This document shows positions 1-9,731 of a DNA stretch of 64,000 bases, piece by piece. This DNA comes from Candidatus Moraniibacteriota bacterium (GTDB taxonomy: Bacteria; Patescibacteriota; Minisyncoccia; Moranbacterales; UBA2206). The translations under genes and the position numbers were made by a program. Below the pieces are notes generated by a model. The model was not told where the DNA came from. It saw nothing but the letters and a program-made list of their open reading frames with translations, and did not search any database. Each line of letters opens with the position of its first letter. Position 1 is the stretch's first letter. Where the stretch lies: assembly GCA_030645735.1 (NCBI GenBank), contig JAUSNP010000005.1, positions 72,151 to 136,150 on the forward strand, in the 5' to 3' direction.

Positions 1-128
1 AGATCCCAAACTCCTTGCGTTAGCACAACCTTGTAGCCAGCTTCTTTGAGATTAGTTGCGATTTTTCCGATATCTTCTGTTGGTATAAGTCTGCCACTCC
101 CCAAAATACTTGTTATTTCAATGCTCAT
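1..128 (-). CDS. Cytidylyltransferase-family protein (RfaE domain II/TagD-like), 5' part only, runs off the window start
   Basis: Manual translation from ATG at 128: MSIEITSILGSGRLIPTEDIGKIATNLKEAGYKVVLTQGVWDL; VVLTxGxWDL precedes the HxGH motif in this family. Confidence 0.65.
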   Translation of the reverse strand, partial: MSIEITSILGSGRLIPTEDIGKIATNLKEAGYKVVLTQGVWD

Positions 129-213
129 AAGGGCTTATAGTTATTATTTTTTTGTATAGCTATATTATCATTTTGATAGGATGTTGGCAATCAGTGAATT
201 TTGTGAAAACAAA

Positions 214-246
214 AGGGCGGACAAGCTGATGCAGCTTGTCCGCCCT
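214..246. terminator. Intrinsic terminator hairpin downstream of the NUDIX gene
   Basis: Perfect 15-bp stem AGGGCGGACAAGCTG/CAGCTTGTCCGCCCT followed by a T-run on the minus strand. Confidence 0.75.
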
Positions 247-260
247 GTCGGGCTACTTTT

Positions 261-764
261 TTAGCCCAAGGCGTGCTGGAGAGCGGTCTCCAGATCAATG
301 ACTGTTTCGAAGTCGGGTAATTCCCCAATTCGAATCCAGCGATGGTCATCATGCTCCCAGTCGAGCTTTATTGTGGGTTTCTTCCTCAGTTCGACCAGGA
401 CTGGAACCTTGATCCAGGTCTTTCCGGATTTTTTGTCGACGAATTCATAATGCTCGCGAATTTTGATTTCCGCGATTAGTCCTTGTAGCTGTTCTTCAGG
501 GATGCCTATTTCGGCGATGAGTTCCTCAAAGACTTTTTCTTGGATGAGTCCTTCGTTATCCAAGAAGCCAGCACTACCACTCCACTGGCCTTGATAGTTG
601 GACACCTTCTGGCTTCGTCGTAGAATCAAAAACTCATCGCCAACTTTGACGAAGATCAGTACAACTGGTGCACTGTTTGAAGTTGAATAATCGATTCGAC
701 CATCAGGGAATGCTGGTAATGTTTCCCGAAATCCCTTTATGATTTCCGCAATAGATATTCTCAA
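261..764 (-). CDS. NUDIX hydrolase family protein
   Basis: LILRRS...GQWSGSAGFLD...EELIAEIGI (degenerate Nudix box) and KLDWEHDDHRWI. Confidence 0.8.
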   Translation of the reverse strand: MRISIAEIIKGFRETLPAFPDGRIDYSTSNSAPVVLIFVKVGDEFLILRRSQKVSNYQGQWSGSAGFLDNEGLIQEKVFEELIAEIGIPEEQLQGLIAEIKIREHYEFVDKKSGKTWIKVPVLVELRKKPTIKLDWEHDDHRWIRIGELPDFETVIDLETALQHALG

Positions 765-989
765 CGCTTCACCCTCCTGTTTTTTTAGTTGTATAGGAAC
801 TAATGATCTTTTATTTTAGATAAATATAATAGCAAAAAGATTGCTTGAAGTCAAACGGATGGAATGATTGATTTTTAGTGTATTTATGGCATTAAAACCC
901 ACAATATTCAAGTTTTTCAATAAGTTTGGAAGGTTTTACGTCCTTATTTTTATATGGTAATATGGTTATATAAATAAAAGTTTGAAATT

Positions 990-1466
990 ATGATTTCACT
1001 TATAGCCGCCATCGGGAAAAACAATGCAATTGGCCGCAACAATCAGTTGCTTTGGAACATTCCGGAGGACATGAAACATTTCAAGGAAACCACCACTGGT
1101 CACACGGTGATTATGGGCGATCGAACCTATTCCTCAATTGGCAGACCATTGCCGAATCGAAAAAACATCGTGGTGAGTTTGGATGATAATTTTTCAGCGG
1201 AGGGTTGCGAGGTCAGTCATGATCTTTTCAAAACTCTGGACGAATATAAAAATAGTGAAGAAGAAGTTTTCGTGATTGGCGGGGGAATGATTTATAAACT
1301 TTCACTGCCTTTGGTGGATAAATTGTATCTGACAATTGTGGATGACGCGCCAGAAGACGCGGACACATTCTTTCCGGATTATGCTGAATTCAATCAAATT
1401 GTGAAAGAGGAAAATGTTGACAATGGACAGTATAAATTTAAATTTTTGGAATTAACGAGAAAATAA
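990..1466 (+). CDS. folA: Dihydrofolate reductase
   Basis: IG.NNQLLWNIPEDMKHFK, VIMGDRTY.SIGRPLPNRKNIV, VIGGG, DTFFP. Confidence 0.97.
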   Translation: MISLIAAIGKNNAIGRNNQLLWNIPEDMKHFKETTTGHTVIMGDRTYSSIGRPLPNRKNIVVSLDDNFSAEGCEVSHDLFKTLDEYKNSEEEVFVIGGGMIYKLSLPLVDKLYLTIVDDAPEDADTFFPDYAEFNQIVKEENVDNGQYKFKFLELTRK

Positions 1467-1468
1467 AA

Positions 1469-2158
1469 ATGAAGAAAGGCAAGTTGATTGTGATTGATGG
1501 AACCGATGGGAGTGGCAAAGCGACGCAGACAAAGTTGTTGGTAGCACATCTGCGAAAAAATAAAGTCAAAGTTAAATCAATTGATTTTCCGAGATACTAT
1601 CATAATTTTTTTGGGAAATTCATCGGAGAGTGTTTAGCAGGCGGACATGGAGATTTTTTGACAGTCAATCCGCGCATAGCCTCAGTGCTTTATGCGGCTG
1701 ATCGATTCGAATCGAGCAAGGATATCAAAAAATGGATTGATGCGGGCTATGTTGTTATTGCCGATCGTTATACTAGTTCCAATCAAATCCATCAGGGCGG
1801 AAAAATAAAAGATGAAAAAGAACGAATAGAATTTCTGGCATGGTTGGAAAAAATGGAATTTGAAGTTTTTGGAATTTCCAAACCTGACGCAATTGTCTAT
1901 TTGGATGTGCCGATTGAAGTTTCGCAAGAGCTTCTGAAAGAAAAAGGCAATAGTCACAAAAAAAGATATTTGAAAGGTAGAAAAGATGCAGCTGAAAATG
2001 ATTTGAAACACTTGCGAAATGCCAAGGATAACGCAATCAAGCTGATACGAAAAAATAATAATTGGAAGAGAATAAATTGTATTAAAAATAAAAAATTGAT
2101 GTCGATAGAAGAGGTCGGGGAAATTGTTTGGAATAAAATAGAAAAGATAATAAAATGA
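1469..2158 (+). CDS. tmk: Thymidylate kinase
   Basis: P-loop GTDGSGKATQ, ADRY motif, PDAIVYLDVP. Confidence 0.92.
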   Translation: MKKGKLIVIDGTDGSGKATQTKLLVAHLRKNKVKVKSIDFPRYYHNFFGKFIGECLAGGHGDFLTVNPRIASVLYAADRFESSKDIKKWIDAGYVVIADRYTSSNQIHQGGKIKDEKERIEFLAWLEKMEFEVFGISKPDAIVYLDVPIEVSQELLKEKGNSHKKRYLKGRKDAAENDLKHLRNAKDNAIKLIRKNNNWKRINCIKNKKLMSIEEVGEIVWNKIEKIIK

Positions 2159-2577
2159 CAATACAAATTAAGAAATTAGAAGTTGATGCTAGACTTCCTC
2201 AATATGCGCTTGCTGGCGATGCTGGCATGGATATTTTTTCTTTGGAAAATTTAGAATTGCACCCGATGGAAAGGATAACTTGTAGAACTGGAATTGCTAT
2301 GCAAATCCCAAATGGATATGTGGGCTTGATTTGGGATAAGAGTGGAATTGCCGTTAATGGTGGAATAAAAGTTTTAGGTGGCGTTATTGATAGTGGATAT
2401 CGTGGCGAAGTTAAAGTGGGTTTGATAAATTTATCACAAGAGATATATAACATAAAAAAGGGAGATAAAATTGCGCAAATGCTTATTCAGAAAGTAGAAA
2501 ATTCAGACATAATTGAAGTGGTTGAATTAGATGAGACTGAGCGAGGTGCTAGTGGATTTGGGAGCACTGGAATTTAA
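2155..2577 (+). CDS. dut: dUTP diphosphatase
   Basis: AGMD, KSG, GVIDSGYRGE, RGASGFGSTG motifs. Confidence 0.96.
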   Translation: MTIQIKKLEVDARLPQYALAGDAGMDIFSLENLELHPMERITCRTGIAMQIPNGYVGLIWDKSGIAVNGGIKVLGGVIDSGYRGEVKVGLINLSQEIYNIKKGDKIAQMLIQKVENSDIIEVVELDETERGASGFGSTGI

Positions 2578-2614
2578 AAAGTAATTTTATTGTAAATCAT
2601 AAAAATTAGATATT

Positions 2615-4105
2615 ATGACAAAATATATTCCAGTCATCGGCATGGAAATCCATGTTGAATTGAAGACAAAATCAAAAATGTTTTGCAGTTGCAAGAACGG
2701 CTTGGGCATGGAGACTGAACCGAACGTGAACATTTGCCCAGTGTGTACCGCGCAACCCGGAACATTGCCGGTGGCCAATGAAGAGGCTATCAAATTTGTG
2801 CAGATGGCTGGCTTGGCCTTGAATTGCCAGATTGCAGAAATTTCCAAATTTGATCGCAAGAACTATTTCTATCCAGACATTCCCAAGGGCTATCAGATCT
2901 CACAATATGATCAGCCTTTGTGTGGCTTGGGTCACATAGATATAATAACCAATGACCAAGAAACAATAACCAAAAAAATAGGAATTACACGCATTCACAT
3001 GGAAGAAGACACGGGCAAATTGGTGCATCCAAAAGGCGCCGATCATTCTTTGATTGATTTCAATCGGGCGGGGGTGCCTTTGATGGAGTTGGTGACTGAG
3101 CCGGATATTGAGACGGGTAAAGAAGCAAGATTGTTCTGCCAGAAGTTGCAGCAGATTTTTCGTTATTTGGAAATTTCTGAGGCTGACATGGAAAAAGGTC
3201 ATATGCGTTGCGAGGTGAACATTTCTTTGCACAAAGAAGGTGAAGAAAAATTGAGCGGCACCAAAGCGGAAATCAAGAATCTAAATTCTTTTCGCGTGGT
3301 GGAGCGTGCTGTTGATTATGAAATCAAGCGTCAGACTGAAATTTTGGAAAAAGGTGAAAAGGTCGTGCAGGAAACTATGGGTTGGGATGAAGCACGAGGC
3401 ATCACTGTGTCACAACGCAAGAAGGAATCAGCACATGACTATCGCTATTTCCCAGAGCCGGACATCCCGCCAATGCGATTTGCAACTGATTATGTAGAAA
3501 ATTTGCGCCGTCACTTGCCAGAACTGCCAGACGCCAAAGCGAAAAGATTTGTGGAAGAATATGGTTTGTCACGGGAAAATGTAGAGGTGATCGTGAGTGA
3601 CAAAAGTCTGGCCGAATATTTTGAGCAGGTTGTTTCTGAAATTGATGAAAAGATGCAATGCCAAGAGGTGATAGCTGACAAGGAAAAATGCACCAAGCTG
3701 GCAGCTAACTATATGGTTAGTGAATTGCAAAAGCATTTGGTGAAAAATGGTGAAACAATCGCGGATGTCAAAATCAGCGCAGAAAATTATGCAGAACTTA
3801 TTGGATTTGTGGCAGATGGAAAAATCAATTCCAGCGCGGCGCAAACTGTTTTGGAAGAGATGTATGCGACAGGTGGCGATCCATCACAAATCATTGAAGC
3901 CAAAGGTTTGTTGCAGGTTAGTGACGAAGGAGTTTTGGAAACAGTGGTGGATGAGGTTTTGGCCAAGAACCAAAAATCAGTGGAGGATTTCAAGGCCGGC
4001 AAACAAAACGCTTTGCAGTTTTTGATGGGCCAAGTGATGGCGGCTTCAAAGGGCAAGGCTAATCCAGCGATGGTGATTGAAATGTTGAAGAAAAAATTAG
4101 GCTAG
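2615..4105 (+). CDS. gatB: Asp/Glu-tRNA amidotransferase subunit B
   Basis: IGMEIHVELKTKSKMFC, FDRKNYFYPD, DYRYFPEPD. Confidence 0.98.
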   Translation: MTKYIPVIGMEIHVELKTKSKMFCSCKNGLGMETEPNVNICPVCTAQPGTLPVANEEAIKFVQMAGLALNCQIAEISKFDRKNYFYPDIPKGYQISQYDQPLCGLGHIDIITNDQETITKKIGITRIHMEEDTGKLVHPKGADHSLIDFNRAGVPLMELVTEPDIETGKEARLFCQKLQQIFRYLEISEADMEKGHMRCEVNISLHKEGEEKLSGTKAEIKNLNSFRVVERAVDYEIKRQTEILEKGEKVVQETMGWDEARGITVSQRKKESAHDYRYFPEPDIPPMRFATDYVENLRRHLPELPDAKAKRFVEEYGLSRENVEVIVSDKSLAEYFEQVVSEIDEKMQCQEVIADKEKCTKLAANYMVSELQKHLVKNGETIADVKISAENYAELIGFVADGKINSSAAQTVLEEMYATGGDPSQIIEAKGLLQVSDEGVLETVVDEVLAKNQKSVEDFKAGKQNALQFLMGQVMAASKGKANPAMVIEMLKKKLG

Positions 4106-4131
4106 TAAAATTAATTACTAATTTAAAAAAT

Positions 4132-4431
4132 ATGGTTAATATGTTAGAAAGAACTGTTGTTCCAGATAATAAGCTTAAAAAAGCACCAGAAAAACCAAAA
4201 GGACTGGAAGCTGTTTCAGATAAATTAGCTAAATATGTTGGCGGTGGCGGATTTTCTTTTACGCCTGAGGAAATAAGGGCTAGACTTGAGGCGGGCAAGC
4301 CAGTTAATGCTGATGAAATAGCTGAGCGTATTACAAATGAAATTCAAGAAAGAAATAGACGAGAAGCGATAAGAAGCCTGCGTGAAACTCTGGGTAAATT
4401 GCCAGACAGCACACTTGATAAAACAAATTAG
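4132..4431 (+). CDS. Hypothetical protein
   Basis: 99-aa ORF directly after gatB with protein-like composition. Confidence 0.6.
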   Translation: MVNMLERTVVPDNKLKKAPEKPKGLEAVSDKLAKYVGGGGFSFTPEEIRARLEAGKPVNADEIAERITNEIQERNRREAIRSLRETLGKLPDSTLDKTN

Positions 4432-4587
4432 ATTTACTTTATTGCCAATTTTTTGAAATAGGTGTATATTAGATATAATATGAAAAATTTTGAACTCAAA
4501 AAAGAAGAATTCAAAATAAGTGATTTGAAGAATCGCCCGTAGGGGTGATTTTTTTTGGCTCTTTAACTCAACTAGTGAGGTGGACAT

Positions 4588-4815
4588 ATGGCCAGCGTGG
4601 AATTACCAAAATTTTTGGCACAATGTAATTGCGGTAGGGTTTTAATGAGGGACGCTCCTCGTTATGACGATCCATACTGGACATTGCATCCAGTGGATAT
4701 TGCCCCTACTGATTTGTTGGCAGAAAATTGTCCTGTTTGTGGCGGAGACGAGAGGAGGCCAATGGGCAATTATTACTACAAGAGATCGGGAGTGCATCAG
4801 CAGGCAATGGCATGA
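4588..4815 (+). CDS. Small hypothetical protein with CxC and CPVC (possible Zn ribbon)
   Basis: Promoter TTGCCA-17-TATATT (4442-4470), boxA-like GCTCTTTAAC (4558-4567), SD GAGGTG, downstream hairpin. Confidence 0.6.
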   Translation: MASVELPKFLAQCNCGRVLMRDAPRYDDPYWTLHPVDIAPTDLLAENCPVCGGDERRPMGNYYYKRSGVHQQAMA

Positions 4816-4871
4816 TTGTTTTGAGCAACGCTCAGCAATCAAAAAGGGATCGAGATTTTCTCGGTCCCTGA

Positions 4872-5795
4872 TTATTTTATAAACTTTGTCACTGCTTTTT
4901 GTATATCAGAATATTTGGTCAGCCAGAGAATTTTTTTGTCTTTTTGAAACCAAGTCATTTGGCGCTTGGCATAATCTTTTTCGGCCAGATAGACGCGTTC
5001 ATATAATTCTTCCAGAGTTATTTCTTCTCGCAGATATTTAGGAATCCAAAAATATCCCAAGCCAAAGCTTTGAATTTTTTTCCAACTCAATCCAACTTTG
5101 TGCAATTTTTGCACCTCTTCAAGCATGCCATCTTTCCATCTTTGATCAAGACGTTTTTTGATTTTGGCGTGCAGTTTTTCTTTGCCAGGGTTGATGCCGA
5201 TTTTCAAGGACGCATAACGTGGAACGTGGAGCGTGGAACGATTGTCTGGAACTCGGCCAACGGCTTGGCAGATTTCGATGGCACGAATGAGGCGCACTTT
5301 GTTTTTGGCATCGATGTTTTCAGCACGGCGAGTATCTAGTTTTTTGAGTTTGGTGAATAATTCTTCAGTCGATTTTGTTTCTAAATCTTTGCGTAGCTCC
5401 CAGTTTGGCGCAACCTCTGGATAAACAATATTATCAACCACTGCATCAATCCAAAAGCCAGTGCCACCGCACAAGATGGGCAGCTTTCCGCGTTTCAAAA
5501 TGTCTGCAATAGCCTTGTCAGCTTTCTTCTTGAACTGTGCCACGCTGAAATTGGTTCTCGGACTAACAACATCGATCATGTGATGATCTATGCCTTCTGA
5601 TAAAAACGTTCCACGTTCCACGTTCCACGTTCCAGGAATTTTTCCCGTGCCCACATCCATGCCGCGATAAATCTGGCGTGAATCTACTGAGACCACCTCA
5701 CCGTCAAATTTTTTGGCAAGCTCAATAGCCACCGCTGATTTGCCGGCTGAGGTTGGGCCTAATATTACGATAACTTTATTTAATTTATCTTTCAT
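4872..5795 (-). CDS. miaA: tRNA dimethylallyltransferase
   Basis: GPTSAGKS, DSRQIYRGMDVGTGK, CGGTGFW, YAKRQMTWF. Confidence 0.97.
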   Translation of the reverse strand: MKDKLNKVIVILGPTSAGKSAVAIELAKKFDGEVVSVDSRQIYRGMDVGTGKIPGTWNVERGTFLSEGIDHHMIDVVSPRTNFSVAQFKKKADKAIADILKRGKLPILCGGTGFWIDAVVDNIVYPEVAPNWELRKDLETKSTEELFTKLKKLDTRRAENIDAKNKVRLIRAIEICQAVGRVPDNRSTLHVPRYASLKIGINPGKEKLHAKIKKRLDQRWKDGMLEEVQKLHKVGLSWKKIQSFGLGYFWIPKYLREEITLEELYERVYLAEKDYAKRQMTWFQKDKKILWLTKYSDIQKAVTKFIK

Positions 5796-5803
5796 ATACC
5801 CTT

Positions 5804-5903
5804 TGTCATTCCGGCCTTGACCCGGAATCTACTTACCGTAATTGCGAATTTAAATTTATCTCATGAATTATTGAGAAGGTCCCGGGTCAAGCCCGGGATG
5901 ACA
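5804..5903. repeat. dRS3/RPE-like palindromic element with TGTCAT...ATGACA ends
   Basis: TGTCATTCCGGCCTTGACCCGGAATCT ... AGGTCCCGGGTCAAGCCCGGGATGACA between miaB and miaA. Confidence 0.8.
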
Positions 5904-5911
5904 GATATTTT

Positions 5912-7279
5912 TTAAATTACTTTACCTTCGAGATTCCATATTTTGATGCTAGTTATTTTCACTTTCACAAACTGGCCAACTAAATTATCTTTATTGGATG
6001 AAATCTTAATATTTTTTCCAGTTCTAGTCTTGCCAAAATAAATTATTAGTTTTGATTCGTTGTTGATTTGTTTGTCATTCGCGAGTTGCTTTTTTTCAAT
6101 TAAAACTTCTTGCACGGTGTTGAGATATTTTTTGTTGTTGGCGAAAGTGGTCTTTTTCAAAATTTCATTCAGGAAGGCTTCACGTTTTTCTTTTTCAGCA
6201 TCTGAAACATTGTCTTTCATAGTCCAAGCTACGGTGCCAGGGCGGGGTGAATATTGGCCAAAGAACACCATGTCGAATTTGGCTTTTTCCATAATCTCAG
6301 CCGAGCACAAAAATTGTTTTTTGGTTTCGCCAGGGAAACCAACAATGATGTCAGAGGTCAAGGCAAAAGGCACGCCAGGTTTGTATTTTTTGAAAGCAGC
6401 TTTGATTTTGCGTACCAAATTCATATAATGTTTGGCAGTGTATTTGCGATTCATTTTTTGGATGACTTCATCTGAGCCAGACTGAACAGGCAGATGCACA
6501 GCTTCGCAAACTTTTTTGGATCTGGCAACAACTTCAATCAATTCATCCGACATATCCTTTGGGTGGGAAGACACAAATTGAATCCAAAACTTCCCTGGAA
6601 TCGCATCAATCTTTTTTAGCAACTGAGCAAAATTAATTTCTTGCGCTCCACGTTTTGCGTTCCACGTTCCACGATATGAATTTACATTCTGACCAAGCAG
6701 AGTGATAGATCTATAGCCAAGTTTAATCAGGCTTTTTATTTCATCAATTATTTCTTCGGCTGGTCGGGAAGTTTCGCGACCGCGAGCATAGGGGACGACG
6801 CAGTAGGAGCAGAAGTTGTTGCAGCCAGTCATGATGGGAACCTGCGCAGAGAATCTGGTTGTGTATTTTGGTTGTATTTTTAGATATTGATTCAAGCCAT
6901 CGTCAAAAGTAGTTTGTAGTTTGTAGTTTGTAGTTGGTAGAATTTTTTCAATTTCGCTTGGAAAGTTTTTGATTTCACAAAACAAATCAACATTGCCCTT
7001 GAGTCGTCTTTGCACGTCTTTGCGATTGGCAATACAGCCTGTCAGCACGATTAGCGGTCTACATTCCACGTTTTGTATTCCATGTTTCCTGAGGTTGTGA
7101 ATCAGGCTGTAGGCTCGGTTTTCAGCCGCCTGACGTACTCCACAAGTGTTGAAAATGACCAAGGAGGCCTCTGTCATGTCGGAAGCCGTCTGATAGCCCT
7201 TCTCGTCCAAAAAGCCCGCAATTCGCTCAGAATCCGAGATATTCATTTGACAGCCGAAGGTTTTAATGTAATATTTCAT
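5912..7279 (-). CDS. miaB: tRNA-2-methylthio-N6-dimethylallyladenosine synthase
   Basis: TFGCQMN.SDSE, radical SAM CNNFCSYC, DIIVGFPGET, C-terminal TRAM region. Confidence 0.96.
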   Translation of the reverse strand: MKYYIKTFGCQMNISDSERIAGFLDEKGYQTASDMTEASLVIFNTCGVRQAAENRAYSLIHNLRKHGIQNVECRPLIVLTGCIANRKDVQRRLKGNVDLFCEIKNFPSEIEKILPTTNYKLQTTFDDGLNQYLKIQPKYTTRFSAQVPIMTGCNNFCSYCVVPYARGRETSRPAEEIIDEIKSLIKLGYRSITLLGQNVNSYRGTWNAKRGAQEINFAQLLKKIDAIPGKFWIQFVSSHPKDMSDELIEVVARSKKVCEAVHLPVQSGSDEVIQKMNRKYTAKHYMNLVRKIKAAFKKYKPGVPFALTSDIIVGFPGETKKQFLCSAEIMEKAKFDMVFFGQYSPRPGTVAWTMKDNVSDAEKEKREAFLNEILKKTTFANNKKYLNTVQEVLIEKKQLANDKQINNESKLIIYFGKTRTGKNIKISSNKDNLVGQFVKVKITSIKIWNLEGKVI

Positions 7280-7350
7280 TGGTAGTTCTTAGAAGCTAGG
7301 TATTTATTAGAATACCTTAAGATAACTATGAAATCAAGGAGGAATGCAGA

Positions 7351-7644
7351 GTGAGAGCTATTAGGAGAACCATTCTGGCGAGTATCATGTGGCAGAGTGA
7401 CAACGGGAAAGATGTTGCTAGCATGTCGCCGTTCGAAAAAGCTCGCATACTGGCATTGAATTCAAAAAATGTCGGAGCATGCAATTCGGCTATTTGGTGG
7501 CTCATGAAAAAGGGCTATGTGAGTAAGGAATTTTCGATTACGGCAAAGGGCAGGGCAAAGAGGCATGAGATAGGCTTCAAAATGGGAAGGGAATTATCTC
7601 TAAAAAGCGAGAGGCAATCTCATATCCTGTCTCGTCCACGATGA
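7351..7644 (+). CDS. Hypothetical protein (possible winged-helix-like C-terminus)
   Basis: GTG start with SD AGGAGG; downstream hairpin at about 7669-7695; LMKKGYV...ITAKG. Confidence 0.55.
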   Translation: MRAIRRTILASIMWQSDNGKDVASMSPFEKARILALNSKNVGACNSAIWWLMKKGYVSKEFSITAKGRAKRHEIGFKMGRELSLKSERQSHILSRPR

Positions 7645-7710
7645 ATTTTTATGAAGTATTGTTTTGAAAGGGCCAGCGGAAAACCGCCGGCCCTTGATTC
7701 TTTTTTAAAT

Positions 7711-9444
7711 TTATTTTTTGTCTTTTATTTCTAGTGTAATTTTTTCCACAAACTCATCCACACTCATCACAGTTTGATCTTTGGTGCTTCGCGGTCGCAT
7801 GGCTACAGTTTGAGATTCCATTTCTTTTTCACCGACTACGAGCATGTATGGAATTTTTTGTTTTTCGGCGTTTCTGATTCTCTTGCCCAAACCTTCAGCA
7901 GTAGCATCCACTTCAGCACGTACACCAGCGGCAATTAATTTTTCTTTTACTTCAATGGCATAGGCGCCAAATTTTTCTTCTGAAACTGGAATAATCATCG
8001 CTTGAACAGGGGAAAGCCAAGTTGGCAAATCTCCACCCGTGTGTTCAATGAAGATCCCAATAAATCTTTCTAGGGAACCAAAGATTGCAGCGTGTATCAT
8101 GACCGGAATTTGTTTACTGCCATCTTGAGATACATATTCAAGCTCAAATCTTTGCGGCAGTTGGAAGTCGAGTTGAATTGTAGCTAGTTGCCATCTTCTG
8201 CCTAGCGCGTCTTTCATGTCGATATCAATCTTGGGACCATAGAAAGCACCGTCGCCTTCTTTTAATTTATATTGAATATTTTCTTTTGCTAAGGCTTCCT
8301 TTAGATCTGATTCAGCTTTGTTCCAGGTCGGAATTTCTCCCATGAAATTTTCCGGTCGAGTTGAAAGATAAAATTCAGGTTCGATTTCAAAAACTGCATA
8401 ATATTCCTTTACCATTTTTAGCAAAGTCATAATTTCTTCTTCAATCTGACTTTCCATGGCGAAAATATGTGCGTCATCTTGTGTGATTGAGCGCACACGC
8501 AGAAGGCCATTGAGCTGGCCGGATTTTTCATTGCGCATAACTCGTCCAATTTCTGTGTAACGAATAGGCAGCTCTTTGTAGGATCTTTGCTTAGTCTGAT
8601 AAATTCTGATATTGAATGGGCAGTCCATTGGTTTCAAACAATATGTTTCCTCTTCGACATCAAAATAGAACATATCATCCTTATAATGATCCCAATGGCC
8701 GGAAGTTTTCCATAAGATACTTTTAGCTAGTTGTGGAGTTTGAATTTCTAAATTGCCATATTTTTTGCGGATTGATTTTCCAAATTTTTCTAGTTCATTC
8801 CAAATCAACATGCCTTTGGGATGCCAAAAGGCTGAGCCTGGAGCTTCAGGATGAAATGAAAACAGATCAAGTTCACGACCAAGTTTTTTGTGGTCTCTTT
8901 TTTCCGCCTCTTCAATCATGTGCAAATATTCTTTCAAATCGTTTTTGCTTTCAAAAGCCACGCCATAGACGCGTTGCATCTGATTGTTTTTTTCATCTGC
9001 TCGCCAGTACGCACCAGAAATCTTTGTTAGTTTGAAAGCATCAATTTTGATTTCACCAGTTGAATCAAGATGCGGTCCAGAACAGAGGTCAACAAAATGT
9101 CCAGATTTGTAGATTGAAATTTTTTCACCGGCCTCAGCCAATTCATTTAGCAATTCGAGTTTGTAGTCTTGTCTAAGTTTGGCGAAATCACTTTTGGCTT
9201 CCGAAGCTGAAATTTCAGCACGTTCAAATGGGTGATTGGCCTTGATGATGGCCTTCATTTTGTTTTCCAAAATTTCCAAATCTTCCGGAATCAAAGTTCT
9301 TGGCAAATCAAAGTCATAGTAGAAGCCATTTTCAATAGCTGGGCCTGTGCCAAATTTGGCTTCGGGAAACATTTCCAAAACGGCGGCCGCCAAAACATGG
9401 GCAGCGGAGTGGCGAAGAATTTCTAGTTTGTTTTGCTCGTTCAT
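7711..9444 (-). CDS. thrS: Threonyl-tRNA synthetase (lacks N-terminal TGS domain)
   Basis: RHSAAHVLA, DLCSGPH, RDHKKLG, SGHWDHY, GAFYGPKID, GSLERF. Confidence 0.98.
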   Translation of the reverse strand: MNEQNKLEILRHSAAHVLAAAVLEMFPEAKFGTGPAIENGFYYDFDLPRTLIPEDLEILENKMKAIIKANHPFERAEISASEAKSDFAKLRQDYKLELLNELAEAGEKISIYKSGHFVDLCSGPHLDSTGEIKIDAFKLTKISGAYWRADEKNNQMQRVYGVAFESKNDLKEYLHMIEEAEKRDHKKLGRELDLFSFHPEAPGSAFWHPKGMLIWNELEKFGKSIRKKYGNLEIQTPQLAKSILWKTSGHWDHYKDDMFYFDVEEETYCLKPMDCPFNIRIYQTKQRSYKELPIRYTEIGRVMRNEKSGQLNGLLRVRSITQDDAHIFAMESQIEEEIMTLLKMVKEYYAVFEIEPEFYLSTRPENFMGEIPTWNKAESDLKEALAKENIQYKLKEGDGAFYGPKIDIDMKDALGRRWQLATIQLDFQLPQRFELEYVSQDGSKQIPVMIHAAIFGSLERFIGIFIEHTGGDLPTWLSPVQAMIIPVSEEKFGAYAIEVKEKLIAAGVRAEVDATAEGLGKRIRNAEKQKIPYMLVVGEKEMESQTVAMRPRSTKDQTVMSVDEFVEKITLEIKDKK

Positions 9445-9539
9445 AGTGTTGTAAAAATAAAATTATTTAAATATGACTGATCCGCCAGTGGGCGGATTTA
9501 TTTTTTCTAGCTAAATCAAAGATTTAGAGAAAAAATAAA

Positions 9540-9686
9540 AATGCCAAAAAATTATCTGATTTCGAGTCCAGTCGTTTGAGAGCGACGGGAGGTTCCACTC
9601 GAATTCCCATAATTTTTGGGCACTTTGTTGACCAGATTCGTCAGGTCCTACGGAGATTCCATGGTTGGTAGCCACTTCACAATCTC
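9540..9686 (-). ncRNA. T-box riboswitch (Thr, ACC specifier) with ultrashort Stem I
   Basis: Minus strand antiterminator TTCGAG-TGGAACC-TCC...GGA-CTCGAA (9561-9603); Stem I GAGATTGTGAAGTGGCTACCAACCATGGAATCTC (9653-9686) with K-turn and loop CU-ACC-AA; upstream of thrS. Confidence 0.8.
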
Positions 9687-9731
9687 ATTTGTTTGTAAGA
9701 TTAGTATAGTATAAAACCACTTTTTTTGCAA

